A stretch of DNA of 64,000 nucleotides from Candidatus Dormiibacterota bacterium (GTDB taxonomy: Bacteria > Chloroflexota > Dormibacteria > Aeolococcales > Aeolococcaceae), in NCBI GenBank assembly GCA_963718525.1, contig OY970355.1, positions 1,664,001 through 1,728,000 of the forward strand, read 5' to 3'. Under the pieces are notes generated by a model. That model worked only from the letters and a program-made list of their open reading frames with translations, was not told the DNA's origin and made no database searches. Of this stretch, positions 28,597 through 41,409 are shown piece by piece; the stretch's first letter is position 1; each line of letters opens with the position of its first letter. A program made the position numbers and the translations under genes.

Positions 28597-29961
28597 ATGG
28601 GTGACGGGCCCCAAGCGGTGATCCTCGCCGCGGGGCAGGGCAAACGGATGCGCAGCGCTGTCCCCAAAGTCCTTCATCCGCTCGGAGGCCGCCCGCTCAT
28701 TCTTCACGTGGTCGACGCGGTGCGCACAGCCACGAGCCGTGTCCCGCTGGTGGTGGTCGCCAAGGGGGACACGGCGGTCCGGGATCGCGTCGGCGACAGC
28801 GCCACGTGCATCGAGCAGGAGAACGCTCGTGGCACCGGGGACGCCCTGCGCAGCGTGCCCGCGTCGTTGCGCGAGCCCGGGCCGGTCCTCGTGACGCACG
28901 GCGACGCGCCGCTGATCACGCCCGAGACACTCCAGCACCTGCTCGCGGCTCATGCCGCGAATCCGCGGGCCTGCACGCTGCTTCTGGCCATTCCGACTGA
29001 TCCCTCGGGTATGGGCAGGGTCGTCCGCGACGCCGATGGCCATGTGCTCCGCATCGTCGAGGAGGCGGATCTGCCGCCGGGCGAGCCCGTGCCGATGGAG
29101 TCCAACGCCGGGGTGTACGTCTTCGACGGGGCTCAGCTCTGGCCGGCGCTCGATCGCCTGAGCGCCGCGAACGCACAGGGTGAGTACTACCTCACCGACG
29201 TCGTCGCACTCCTGACCGGACCGGTCGAGGGCGTGGTGGCCACCGACCCCGACGAGGTGCTGGGGATCAACGACCGCCGTCAGCTGGCCGCTGCCGAGGC
29301 GGTGCTCCGGCGCCGCACCGTCGACGCACTCATGCTCGCCGGGGTCACCGTCGAGGATCCCGCCACCACTTATGTCGACCCCCAGGTGGTCGTGGGCAGG
29401 GACAGCGTCATACACGCGATGACCACGCTCCGCGGCGCCACCACGATCGGCGTCGGGTCCGAGATCGGCCCCATGGCGGTCCTGTCCGACGTCCGAGCGG
29501 GCGACAGAGTGGTGATCGGCCAGGCTCATCTCGAGGAGTGCGAACTCGGCGATGGGGTCCGGGTGGGTTCGTACTGCCGGGTCCGTCCGAATACCGTGCT
29601 CGCGTCCGGGGTAGAGTTGGGCACGCATGCCGAGGTCAAGAACAGCACCGTGGGCGCCGGGACTCGCATCAGCCACTTCTCCTGCGTGCTCGACAGTGAC
29701 GTGGGTGAGGCGGTGAACGTCGGCGCAGGCACCGTCACCTGCAACTACGACGGCGCGGCGAAGCATCGGACCACCATCGGCGACCGGGTCTTCGTCGGGA
29801 CGAATGCCACCCTGGTGGCCCCGGTCCACCTCGGGGATGACTGTTACATCGGCGCCGGCTCCTTCATCGATCAGGACGTCCCCGCTGGCGCGCTCGCCGT
29901 CGGCCGGAGCCGGCAGCGCAACGTCGAGGGATGGGCGAGCCGGCGGTCGTCGCAGCCGTGA
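28597..29961 (+). CDS. glmU: Bifunctional UDP-GlcNAc pyrophosphorylase / glucosamine-1-P acetyltransferase
   Basis: ILAAGQGKRMRS..PKVLH, NAQGEYYLTD, hexapeptide repeats and NYDG motifs. Confidence 0.95.
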   Translation: MGDGPQAVILAAGQGKRMRSAVPKVLHPLGGRPLILHVVDAVRTATSRVPLVVVAKGDTAVRDRVGDSATCIEQENARGTGDALRSVPASLREPGPVLVTHGDAPLITPETLQHLLAAHAANPRACTLLLAIPTDPSGMGRVVRDADGHVLRIVEEADLPPGEPVPMESNAGVYVFDGAQLWPALDRLSAANAQGEYYLTDVVALLTGPVEGVVATDPDEVLGINDRRQLAAAEAVLRRRTVDALMLAGVTVEDPATTYVDPQVVVGRDSVIHAMTTLRGATTIGVGSEIGPMAVLSDVRAGDRVVIGQAHLEECELGDGVRVGSYCRVRPNTVLASGVELGTHAEVKNSTVGAGTRISHFSCVLDSDVGEAVNVGAGTVTCNYDGAAKHRTTIGDRVFVGTNATLVAPVHLGDDCYIGAGSFIDQDVPAGALAVGRSRQRNVEGWASRRSSQP

Positions 29962-30923
29962 CCGACTTCAACCCCTACGGCGAGCTGCTGCTGCTCTCGG
30001 GCAGCGGCAACCCCGAGCTCAGCGAGCGAATCGCTCGTGAGATCGGCGTGAAGCTTGCCGAGGTCGAGATCACGCGCTTTGCGGATGGTGAGTTCGACGT
30101 CAAGATCCGCGAGTCGGTTCGCGGTCACGACGTGTTCCTCGTCCAGCCAACGTGCCGACCGGTGAGTGACAACCTGATCGAGCTGTTCATCATCCTCGAC
30201 GCTTTGCGGCGAGCCTCGGCGTCGCGGATCACCGCCGTGATCCCGTACTACGGGTACCAGCGCAAGGAGAAGAAGACCCAGGCTCGCGACCCGATCAGCG
30301 CCAAGCTGATGGCGAACATCATCGAGCTCGCCGGCGCGAACCGGGTGATCTGCGTCGACCTCCATGCCGAGGCGATCCAGGGGTTCTTCGACATCCCCGT
30401 CGATGCGCTCATCGCGACCAAGATCCTTGCACGGCGCGTGCGCGAACGTCACGGGCATGACGTGGTGGTGGTGTCACCGGACACCGGTGGTGTGAACCGC
30501 GCGCGCAACCTCGCGCGCATCCTCGACGCACCGATCGCATTCATCGACAAACGCCGTCCGCGCGACGACACCGTCGAGGTCGTCAACGTCATCGGTGACG
30601 TCGACGGCGCGGTCTGCATCATCGTTGACGACCTGATCTCGACCGGTGGGACGCTCGTCAACGCCGCGATCGCGCTCCTCGCCAGCGGCGCGAAATCCGT
30701 CGACGTCGTGGCCACTCACGGCGTGTTGAGCGATGGCGCGGTGGCGCAACTCCACGCCGCACCCATCGACGAGATCTGCATCACCGACACGATCCCGTAT
30801 CACAACGGCAGTCACAGTTTCGACGATGCGCCCAAGCTCCGCATCCTCTCGGTCGCGCCGCTGATCGCTGAGGCGATCGTGCGCGTCCATGAAGGGCGGA
30901 GCGTGAGCGAACTGTTCCGGTGA
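29958..30923 (+). CDS. prs: Ribose-phosphate pyrophosphokinase
   Basis: FADGE, PYYGYQR, DLHAEAIQGFFD, VSPDTGG and VDDLISTGGT motifs. Confidence 0.96.
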   Translation: MTDFNPYGELLLLSGSGNPELSERIAREIGVKLAEVEITRFADGEFDVKIRESVRGHDVFLVQPTCRPVSDNLIELFIILDALRRASASRITAVIPYYGYQRKEKKTQARDPISAKLMANIIELAGANRVICVDLHAEAIQGFFDIPVDALIATKILARRVRERHGHDVVVVSPDTGGVNRARNLARILDAPIAFIDKRRPRDDTVEVVNVIGDVDGAVCIIVDDLISTGGTLVNAAIALLASGAKSVDVVATHGVLSDGAVAQLHAAPIDEICITDTIPYHNGSHSFDDAPKLRILSVAPLIAEAIVRVHEGRSVSELFR

Positions 30924-30954
30924 GCGGCTCAGACCCACCACCGTCCCCGAGCCG

Positions 30955-32298
30955 ATGACGCCGCTCCTCATCGTCATCGTCCTGGGTCTGGTGGTGGCCG
31001 CATTCGCTGCCGCGGCTGAGACTTCGTTGACGAGTGTCAGCCGCATCCGCATGCGCAGCCTCGCCGACGACGGCAACAAACGCGCGCGCACGGTCACGCG
31101 CCTGCATGCCGATCCGAACGCGTATCTGTCGACCATCCTCACGCTGAACACCGTCGCGGTGATCGTCGTCTCCACCGCGACGGCGCTGCTCATCCAGTCG
31201 TCTCTCCGCACTGTTCCGCAGGTGGTCGGCACGCTGGCACTCTCGATCGTCGTGCTCATCTTCTGCGAGATCGCGCCGAAGTCCCTCGCGTTGCGGTTCA
31301 ACGAAACCTTCGCGCTGGTGCTCGCCGGGCCGGTGCTGTTCCTGACCAGGGTGCTCCGGCCGTTTGTCGGCGGGCTGAGTGCGATGTCGCGGCTGATCGT
31401 CCGCGCGGCGACCAGGGGTCACAGCGTGCGTGGCCCGTTCGTCACCGAGGAGGAGTTGAAGCTCCTCCTCTATGTCGGTGAGCAGGAGGGGATCGTCGAG
31501 CAGGAGGAGCGGGAGATGATCCACGGCATCCTCGAGATGACCGACAAGTCGGTGCGCGAGGTGATGGTCCCTCGCGTGGACATCGTTGCGGTCGAGGCCA
31601 CCGACTCGATTGCGGACGTGATCAAAGTGATCATCGAGTACGGCTTCTCGAGGATTCCGATCTACGAGGACAACGTCGACAACATCGTGGGCATCGTCTA
31701 CGCGAAAGACCTGTTGCGCCATGGCGTGGTGGGTGACGACCAGCGTCCGCTCAAGGAGGTCGCGCGCGAGCCGTACTTCACGCCCGAGGCGAAGCACGTC
31801 GGCGAGTTGCTCCGCGAGATGAAGGAGCGCAAGGTGCACATCGCCGTGGTCGTCGACGAGCACGGCGGCACCGCCGGGATCGTCACCTTCGAGGATCTCA
31901 TCGAGGAGATCGTCGGCCCGATCCGCGACGAGTACGACATCAGCGAGGTCGAGGAACTGCAGATCGTGTCGGACCACGAGGTCGTGGTGAGTGCACGTTT
32001 CCCGGTCGATGACCTCAAGGAGGCCCTGAATCTCGAAGTACCCGACGTCGAGGCCGACACCGTCGGTGGCCTGGTCTACGAGGAGCTGGGTGAGATTCCA
32101 AAGGTCGGGGCGACCATCCAGCTGGGCTCCGCGACGCTCACGGTGGAGGCGGTCCGCCGCCAGAGCATCCAGACGGTGCGCATCACGAGCCCGGTACCGC
32201 TCATCCGCGAGCGTGGGGCACGACCCTCAGACCACGACGGCCAGCAGGAGTCTCACGACACGCAGGAGGAGTCCCCGGCGCACGCTCGCCGCCAGTAG
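30955..32298 (+). CDS. CNNM/HlyC-CorC family protein (DUF21 TM + CBS pair + CorC domain)
   Basis: AAETSL, EIAPKSLA, VREVMVPRVDI, FSRIPIY and VVDEHGGTAGIVTFEDLIEEIVG motifs. Confidence 0.92.
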   Translation: MTPLLIVIVLGLVVAAFAAAAETSLTSVSRIRMRSLADDGNKRARTVTRLHADPNAYLSTILTLNTVAVIVVSTATALLIQSSLRTVPQVVGTLALSIVVLIFCEIAPKSLALRFNETFALVLAGPVLFLTRVLRPFVGGLSAMSRLIVRAATRGHSVRGPFVTEEELKLLLYVGEQEGIVEQEEREMIHGILEMTDKSVREVMVPRVDIVAVEATDSIADVIKVIIEYGFSRIPIYEDNVDNIVGIVYAKDLLRHGVVGDDQRPLKEVAREPYFTPEAKHVGELLREMKERKVHIAVVVDEHGGTAGIVTFEDLIEEIVGPIRDEYDISEVEELQIVSDHEVVVSARFPVDDLKEALNLEVPDVEADTVGGLVYEELGEIPKVGATIQLGSATLTVEAVRRQSIQTVRITSPVPLIRERGARPSDHDGQQESHDTQEESPAHARRQ

Positions 32299-32314
32299 TG
32301 CGCATGATGCTCGG

Positions 32315-33091
32315 ATGCCGACCTACAGCGACGAGGGAATCGTGCTGCGCCGCATCGACTACGGCGAGACCGATCGCATCCTCACCGTGCTGACGCTGGA
32401 ACACGGCAAGATCGGCGTCATCGCCCGCGGGGTGCGCAAGAGTCAGAGCCGGCTCGCATCACGCACCGATCTCTTCACGCGCAGCCGGATGCAGCTCGCT
32501 CGCGGACGCGGCGAGCTTGACGTGCTGACACAGGCGGAGACGGTCGAGGCGACCCCGCTGCGGAGCGACGCGCGTCGCGCGGCGTGCGCATCGCTGTGTG
32601 CCGAGTTGACCGACCAAGTCCTGGAGAGCCACCACGCCGACCCGGAGATCTATGCGCTGGTCGCGAGCGCCCTGACGGCGTGCGCCGACCCCGACCGCGA
32701 TCCTCGCGCCGCCATCGTGTGGTTCGCGCGCCGGATGGTGGACCGCCTCGGTTACGCACCCCAGCTGCTCGACTGTGCGGGCTGCGAGCGCCGTCTCCCC
32801 GAGCAGGCCGCGTGGTTCAGCGCGCCAGGTGGCGGGCTCCTCTGCGTGCGCTGTGCCCCGGGCGATCCCGAGGCCCTGGAGTGCACGGTGCGAGTCATCA
32901 AGGTGCTGCGCGCTGCCGCAGAAGGGGACAGGGAGCTCTGGCTGCGGCTGCGGCTCGATGCGCCCACGCTGCAGACGCTCGAGCGGATCGTTGAGTCGGA
33001 GCTGGCCCATCACCTCGATCGCCGCCTGCGTTCGATCGACGTGCTCCGAGCCATCGAGGGACGGGGTGCCGTGAGGCTGCCGGTAGACTGA
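32315..33091 (+). CDS. recO: DNA repair protein RecO
   Basis: GIVLRRIDYGETDRILTVLT.EHGKI..IARGVRK and a CxxC...CxxC zinc motif. Confidence 0.93.
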   Translation: MPTYSDEGIVLRRIDYGETDRILTVLTLEHGKIGVIARGVRKSQSRLASRTDLFTRSRMQLARGRGELDVLTQAETVEATPLRSDARRAACASLCAELTDQVLESHHADPEIYALVASALTACADPDRDPRAAIVWFARRMVDRLGYAPQLLDCAGCERRLPEQAAWFSAPGGGLLCVRCAPGDPEALECTVRVIKVLRAAAEGDRELWLRLRLDAPTLQTLERIVESELAHHLDRRLRSIDVLRAIEGRGAVRLPVD

Positions 33092-33097
33092 CCCGCC

Positions 33098-34513
33098 ATG
33101 GCCCAGGACCAGACTCAAGAGGACCACACGCAGCCGGACGTCATCGAGAAGCTCGTCTCGCTGTCCAAACAACGTGGGTTTGTCTACCCGTCAAGCGAGA
33201 TCTATGGCGGTCTCAACGCGGTATACGACTTCGGGCCGCTCGGGGTCCGGCTGCGCCGCAACATCCGCGAGCGCTGGTGGCAGTCGATGGTGGATCTCCG
33301 TGACGACGTCGAAGGCATCGAATCGGCGATCCTGATGAACCCGGAGGTGTGGGCCGCAAGCGGTCATGTCGCCGGCTTCACGGACCCGCTCGTGGATTGC
33401 ATGGGCACCTGCAAGAAGCGCTGGCGTGAGGACCATCTCGCCGATGAGCGGCGCGCTCGCGGCAAGCCGCCTGATGCTCCGGGGTGCCCGGAATGCGGCG
33501 GACCGCTCACCCAGGCCCGCCAGTTCAACCTCATGTTCAAGACGTTCATCGGTCCTGTTGAAGACGCGGCTGCGCAGATCTGGCTTCGCCCCGAGACCGC
33601 ACAGGGCATGTTCGTCAACTTTGCCAGCGTGCTCAACTCCACGCGGCGCCGGCTGCCGTTCGGCATCGCCCAGCAGGGCAAGGCGTTTCGCAACGAGATC
33701 TCACCGGGCAACTTCATCTTCCGGCTGCGCGAGTTCGAGCTGATGGAGATGGAGTACTTCTGCAAACCCGGCACCGACCGGGAGTGGCACGAGTACTGGT
33801 GCGCCGAGCGGTTCAGCTGGCACGTTGACACCCTGGGGGTGCGCAAGGCGAACCTTCGTCTGCGCCCCCACGATACCGCCGAGCTCTCGCACTACAGCAC
33901 TGCAACCAGTGACATCGAGTACCGCTATCCATTCGGTTGGGGTGAGCTCGAGGGGGTCGCGGATCGGACGGACTACGACCTGAAGACACACATGGAGCAC
34001 AGCGGCCGCGATCTCTCGTACTTCGATCCCGAGACCAACGAGCGTTTCATCCCCTACGTGATCGAACCTGCGGTGAGCACCGACCGGATCTTCATCACGC
34101 TGCTCGTCGACGCATACGACGAGGAGGAGGTGCGCGGTGAGAAGCGCGTGGTGCTGCACCTGCACCCGGATGTTGCTCCCGTACAGGTCGCTGTCCTGCC
34201 GCTCTCCAAGAAGGCCGAGCTCACCGAGCCCGCGCGGCGCATCGAGCACGACCTGCGCCCACACTTCGCCACCATGTATGACGAGACCCAGGCCATCGGC
34301 CGTCGTTATCGCCGCCAGGATGAGATCGGCACGCCGCTGGCGATCACCTTCGACTTCGACTCACTCAACGATCACGCGGTCACCATTCGTGAACGCGACG
34401 GGATGACGCAGGTGCGCGTGCCCATCGACGGGCTGCGCGACGCGCTCCGCGACCAGCTCGAGGTGGGCCGGGTGCGCGCACGCTCGCGAGCGAACGGCGA
34501 ACCCACCGGGTAG
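33098..34513 (+). CDS. glyS: Glycine--tRNA ligase (homodimeric alpha2 type)
   Basis: SEIYGG, LRPETAQGMF, FRNEISPGNFIFRLREFELMEME and IGRRYRRQDEIGTP motifs. Confidence 0.96.
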   Translation: MAQDQTQEDHTQPDVIEKLVSLSKQRGFVYPSSEIYGGLNAVYDFGPLGVRLRRNIRERWWQSMVDLRDDVEGIESAILMNPEVWAASGHVAGFTDPLVDCMGTCKKRWREDHLADERRARGKPPDAPGCPECGGPLTQARQFNLMFKTFIGPVEDAAAQIWLRPETAQGMFVNFASVLNSTRRRLPFGIAQQGKAFRNEISPGNFIFRLREFELMEMEYFCKPGTDREWHEYWCAERFSWHVDTLGVRKANLRLRPHDTAELSHYSTATSDIEYRYPFGWGELEGVADRTDYDLKTHMEHSGRDLSYFDPETNERFIPYVIEPAVSTDRIFITLLVDAYDEEEVRGEKRVVLHLHPDVAPVQVAVLPLSKKAELTEPARRIEHDLRPHFATMYDETQAIGRRYRRQDEIGTPLAITFDFDSLNDHAVTIRERDGMTQVRVPIDGLRDALRDQLEVGRVRARSRANGEPTG

Positions 34514-34522
34514 CATCCCGGC

Positions 34523-35644
34523 GTGGCGAGTTCTCGGAGCGACACCGATGCGGTGGCCGCCGGTGTGCTCGATCTGCTCGCACTCGGCGATGCGCCCGAT
34601 CTGGACACGGTCCTCCAGCGGATCGTTCGGGCGGCGCGGCGCCAGTCGAACGCCCGATACGGAGCCATCGGTGTCCCCGACGGCCGCGGCGGCTTCGCCC
34701 GTTTTGTCACCTCGGGGATCAGCGAGCGGGTCGCCGCGACCATCGGCGAGCTGCCTCGAACGCACGGCGTGCTCGGCGCGCTACTCGAGGAGGGTCCGAT
34801 CCTGCTGGATGACATCCGCAGCCATCCCCGCTTCTCGTACTACCCGGCGCATCACCCCACGCTCACCGATTTCCTCGGTGTGCCCATCAAGCACCGGGGG
34901 CGAGTGGTCGGCAACCTGTTCGTCAGCGGACACCGGGCGGGTCACTTCACCAAGGCCGACGCGCGCAAGCTCGAAACGCTTGCGGCATATGCGGGTGTTG
35001 CGATCGCCAACGCTGAGCTCTACGCGCGCTCGCAACGGCTCGCGGTCGTTGAGGAACGCAACCGGGTGGCGCGCGAGTTGCACGACGCCGCGACACAGAC
35101 GCTGTTCAGTCTCGTGCTCGCCGCGAGGGCTGCGGCGCTTTCCACCCGCGACGACGAGGCTCGCGAAACCATCCGCGGTTTCGAACAGCGAACCACGTCC
35201 GCGCTCCAGGAGCTGCGCGGACTCGTCCACGCGCTCAGGCCCAAGAGCCTCGAGCGCGACGGACTCGCCGCGACGCTTGCTGACCACGCCGAAGCGTTGC
35301 GTACCAGTGGAGCGCGAGTCGTTGTCGACGCAGATGAAGGTGTGCGCCTTCCGCTGGAGACCGAGCACGCGCTGCTTCGCATCGCCCAGGAGGCGCTCAA
35401 CAATGCATTGCGCCACGCACCCGGCGCATCGGTTCGAGTCACCCTGCGCCCCGGGACAAAGGCGGTGACGCTGCGCATCCATGACGACGGCCCCGGGTTC
35501 GATGAAGGTGCACTGCCGCACACGCGACGCGGCATGGGGCTCGCGACCATGCGCGAACGAGCTCACGAGATCGGTGCGCAGCTCGACATCCGGAGCCATG
35601 GACGCAACGGGACGTCCGTGACCGTCAAGGTCCCGACGGGATGA
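34523..35644 (+). CDS. GAF-domain soluble histidine kinase (HisKA_3)
   Basis: GAF domain (ARYGAIGV, FLGVPI), ERNRVARELHD, QEALNNALRHA, DDGPGF and GMGL motifs. Confidence 0.92.
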   Translation: MASSRSDTDAVAAGVLDLLALGDAPDLDTVLQRIVRAARRQSNARYGAIGVPDGRGGFARFVTSGISERVAATIGELPRTHGVLGALLEEGPILLDDIRSHPRFSYYPAHHPTLTDFLGVPIKHRGRVVGNLFVSGHRAGHFTKADARKLETLAAYAGVAIANAELYARSQRLAVVEERNRVARELHDAATQTLFSLVLAARAAALSTRDDEARETIRGFEQRTTSALQELRGLVHALRPKSLERDGLAATLADHAEALRTSGARVVVDADEGVRLPLETEHALLRIAQEALNNALRHAPGASVRVTLRPGTKAVTLRIHDDGPGFDEGALPHTRRGMGLATMRERAHEIGAQLDIRSHGRNGTSVTVKVPTG

Positions 35645-35672
35645 GCGCAAACGTCCGTCGAAGAGTCCGTCG

Positions 35673-36308
35673 ATGAGTGCACCCATCCGGCTGGTGATCG
35701 TCGATGACCACTCGGTGGTTCGCGAGGGGCTCCGCGCGTTCCTGCGCCTCCAGGAGGGCATCGAGGTGGTCGGCGAGGCCGCGGGTCCGGACGAAGCGGT
35801 TCGAATCGCCGAGGAGTCGCTGCCCGACGTCGTCCTCCTCGACCTGGTCATGCCGGAGGGCGACGGCATCGGCGCAATCCGCCGCCTCCTCAAGGTCGCC
35901 CCCCGCACCCGCGTGCTCGTGCTCACAAGCTTCGCTGACGACGCGCAGATCTTCGCGGCCATCGCAGCCGGAGCTGCCGGCTACCTGCTCAAGGACGTTG
36001 ATCCCGGAGCGCTCGCCGACGGTATCCGCGACGTCCACGCCGGGCGCCCGGCGCTGCATCCGTCAGTGGCGGCTCGGCTGATGCATCGCAGCAGGACGCC
36101 GGGCGCTGACCGCACGGATCTCACCGCCCGCGAACGTGACGTCCTTCGCCTGGTGGTGGAGGGGCTCGCGAACAAGCAGATCGCGCAACGGCTCGGGATC
36201 GGAGAGAAGACCATCAAGACGCACGTGAGCCGCGTGCTCGCCAAGCTGGGCGTGGCCGACAGAACGCAGGCGGCGGTCCTCGCCATCCGCGAAGGTCTCG
36301 TCGACTGA
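35673..36308 (+). CDS. NarL/LuxR-family response regulator
   Basis: VDDH..VREG, DLVMP, LTSF, GYLLKD motifs and a LuxR HTH. Confidence 0.94.
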   Translation: MSAPIRLVIVDDHSVVREGLRAFLRLQEGIEVVGEAAGPDEAVRIAEESLPDVVLLDLVMPEGDGIGAIRRLLKVAPRTRVLVLTSFADDAQIFAAIAAGAAGYLLKDVDPGALADGIRDVHAGRPALHPSVAARLMHRSRTPGADRTDLTARERDVLRLVVEGLANKQIAQRLGIGEKTIKTHVSRVLAKLGVADRTQAAVLAIREGLVD

Positions 36309-36387
36309 CGGGTCCGCCGAATGGCGGATGCGAGGCTGCGGCATCGGGCGGACGCGCCGGGCCGCCGGCGCGCGCAGGATTTAGGCC

Positions 36388-37104
36388 ATGGGAACCCTCT
36401 CCGGAACCACCATCATGATCACCGGCGCCTCCAGAGGCCTTGGGCGCGCCGTCGCCGTGGCGGCCGCTCGAGAAGGCGCCTCGCTCGCAATCTGCGCCCG
36501 GGGCGGCCAGGCACTCGAAACCGTCGCCGAGGAATGCCGCGGGCTCGGCGCGGAGGTGCTGGCCGTGCTCGCCGACATCTCCGACGCGACCGATGTCGAG
36601 CGTTTCGCCGCAACCGCGTTGGAGCGGTTCGGGGGCATCGACATCCTGGTCAATAACGCAGCCGAGCTTGGCCCGTTGCCCTTGCCGCAGCTCACCGATG
36701 CGCCGTCGAGCGCGCTCGAGCACGTGCTCCAAGCCAACGTTCTCGGGCCGCTCCGCCTCACCCAGGCCGTGATCGGCGGGATGCTGCTGCGCAACCGTGG
36801 GCTCGTGCTCAACATCAGCACGGACGCGGCCGTGATCGGCTTTGAGGGGCTCGGGCTGTACAGCGCATCCAAGGCTGCGCTCGACGCGCTGACGCGGAGC
36901 TGGTCGGCGGAGCTGCAACGTACCCAGGTGCGGGTGATCAGCGTCGATCCCGGCGACATGCACACGGCGATGCACATGGCCGCCGATCCCGAGGCGAACC
37001 CGGATGACCTCCTCCGCCCCGAGGATGTCGCCGAGCGGCTGCTCACCCTCCTGGTGGGGCGCCTTCCGGAGGCCGACCGCGTCGAAGCGGCGACGCTCGC
37101 ATGA
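36388..37104 (+). CDS. SDR family oxidoreductase
   Basis: TGASRGLG, NNA, YSASK and VDPGDMHT motifs. Confidence 0.92.
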   Translation: MGTLSGTTIMITGASRGLGRAVAVAAAREGASLAICARGGQALETVAEECRGLGAEVLAVLADISDATDVERFAATALERFGGIDILVNNAAELGPLPLPQLTDAPSSALEHVLQANVLGPLRLTQAVIGGMLLRNRGLVLNISTDAAVIGFEGLGLYSASKAALDALTRSWSAELQRTQVRVISVDPGDMHTAMHMAADPEANPDDLLRPEDVAERLLTLLVGRLPEADRVEAATLA

Positions 37105-38111
37105 TCTCGCCGCCACGCGAACTGCGCGCTTCACTGCCCGCCGAGCTGCGCGGCATGCGTCGCGACGGCGCCCGGCTGTGCGTCGTGGAACGGCAATCGG
37201 GCCGCATCAGCCATACGACCGTTGCACACCTCGGCGAATACCTCGCTTCCGGCGACCTGCTCGTCGTCAACTCCAGCCGGACGCTGCCCGCCGCGCTGCG
37301 CGTCGATCGCGACGGTGCCGAGCAGGTGCAGCTCCGACCGGGTGCGCTCCGCGACGGCGAATGGGACGCGCTGGCAGTGCAGGTCGCGCCCCCGCACCAC
37401 AATGTCGCGCTGGTGCCCGGCGAGACGCTCCGTGCGCCGGGCGGTCTGCGGTTCCGCGTCGTCGCGCCGCGCAGTGACGCGCCGCTGCTGTGGCGGATGA
37501 CCGTCGAGAGCGGCGATCCGGTGCGCACTCTGCTCACGTCCGGCGAGCCGATCCGCTACTCGTACGTGCCGAACCCGGTGCCGCTGGAGCACTACCAGAC
37601 CGTCTACGCAGGTGCTCCCGGCTCGGTGGAGACCCCTTCAGCCGGCCGCCATCTGACATGGGAGCTGCTCAGCGAGCTGCGCCGTCAGGGGGTCGACGTG
37701 ACCGACATCGTGCTGCACTGCGGGCTGAGCTCCTTCCAGGACGACGATGTCGACCTGCAGAAGCCGCTCATCGAGGAGCGCTTTGCCGTTCGGGGCGACG
37801 CTGCCGAGTGCATCAACCGAGCGTCACGGGTGATCGCGGTGGGCACGAGCGTCATCCGCACCCTGGAGACGGCGGTGGACGCCAACGGCCAGGTGCAGCC
37901 GGTGAGCGGCTGGACGCAGCTGGTCATCACGCCACGGACGAAGCTGCGCGTCGTCGACGCACTCCTCACCGGGCTGCATGAGCCACCCGCAACGCACCTC
38001 GACATGCTCGGCGCGCTGCTCGACACGAAGTTGCTGGAGCGCGCATATGCCGAGGTCCGCGAGCGCCGCTACCAGTGGCACGAGTTCGGCGACGCCATGC
38101 TGATCCTGTAG
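37101..38111 (+). CDS. QueA-like SAM:tRNA ribosyltransferase-isomerase family protein (non-canonical)
   Basis: GDLLVVN, YQTVYA..PGSVETPSAGRH, AVGTSVIRTLE, LLTGLHEP and Y.WHEFGD motifs. Confidence 0.85.
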   Translation: MISPPRELRASLPAELRGMRRDGARLCVVERQSGRISHTTVAHLGEYLASGDLLVVNSSRTLPAALRVDRDGAEQVQLRPGALRDGEWDALAVQVAPPHHNVALVPGETLRAPGGLRFRVVAPRSDAPLLWRMTVESGDPVRTLLTSGEPIRYSYVPNPVPLEHYQTVYAGAPGSVETPSAGRHLTWELLSELRRQGVDVTDIVLHCGLSSFQDDDVDLQKPLIEERFAVRGDAAECINRASRVIAVGTSVIRTLETAVDANGQVQPVSGWTQLVITPRTKLRVVDALLTGLHEPPATHLDMLGALLDTKLLERAYAEVRERRYQWHEFGDAMLIL

Positions 38112-38183
38112 GCCGCCACCTGGTTCTGACATGATCCCGTCGGCCCCAAACCGGTGGCCGCCAGGTCAACCAGGGAGAGTGCG

Positions 38184-38507
38184 ATGTCTGAGCTATTGAT
38201 CCTCGAGTTCGAGGGATTCGGCGCCAAGGATTACGAGAAGGTCAACGAGATTCTCGGGATCAACGCGGAGACGGGCGAGGGTGATTGGCCCGCGGGGCTG
38301 CACACGCACCTGGCCGGCCCCACGGAGGGCGGCGGATGGATCGTCGTCGAGGTCTGGGAGTCCCAGGAGGACCAGGACGAGTTCATGAAGTCGCGCCTCG
38401 GTCCGGCGCTGGGGCAGGCCGGGGTCACCGGGCCACCCAAGCGCGCGGAGTGGAGCAAGACGCACGCGCACCGCACTCCCAAGAAGCCGTCCAAAAAGGC
38501 CTCGTAA
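38184..38507 (+). CDS. Small hypothetical protein (ABM-like)
   Basis: GGAGAG SD; H.AGPTEGGGWIVVEVWESQED...F..RL. Confidence 0.75.
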   Translation: MSELLILEFEGFGAKDYEKVNEILGINAETGEGDWPAGLHTHLAGPTEGGGWIVVEVWESQEDQDEFMKSRLGPALGQAGVTGPPKRAEWSKTHAHRTPKKPSKKAS

Positions 38508-38634
38508 CCCTCTTCCGACCCGGCTCGCGCCGGGGTTCGTCGCTGCCGTTCGGCGCTGCGGCGGCCCGATGCTACGCTCACGCCCTGCGGGGCGCGTCCG
38601 CGCACGCACCAACCATCACGATGAGGTCTGGCCA

Positions 38635-41409
<2,775 letters not shown>

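Noticed and set aside
33060-33098. T-box riboswitch upstream of glyS, and likewise for the ilv operon
   Set aside because: Only 6 nt separate recO and glyS. The ilv leader has no T-box consensus and is explained by a leader peptide.
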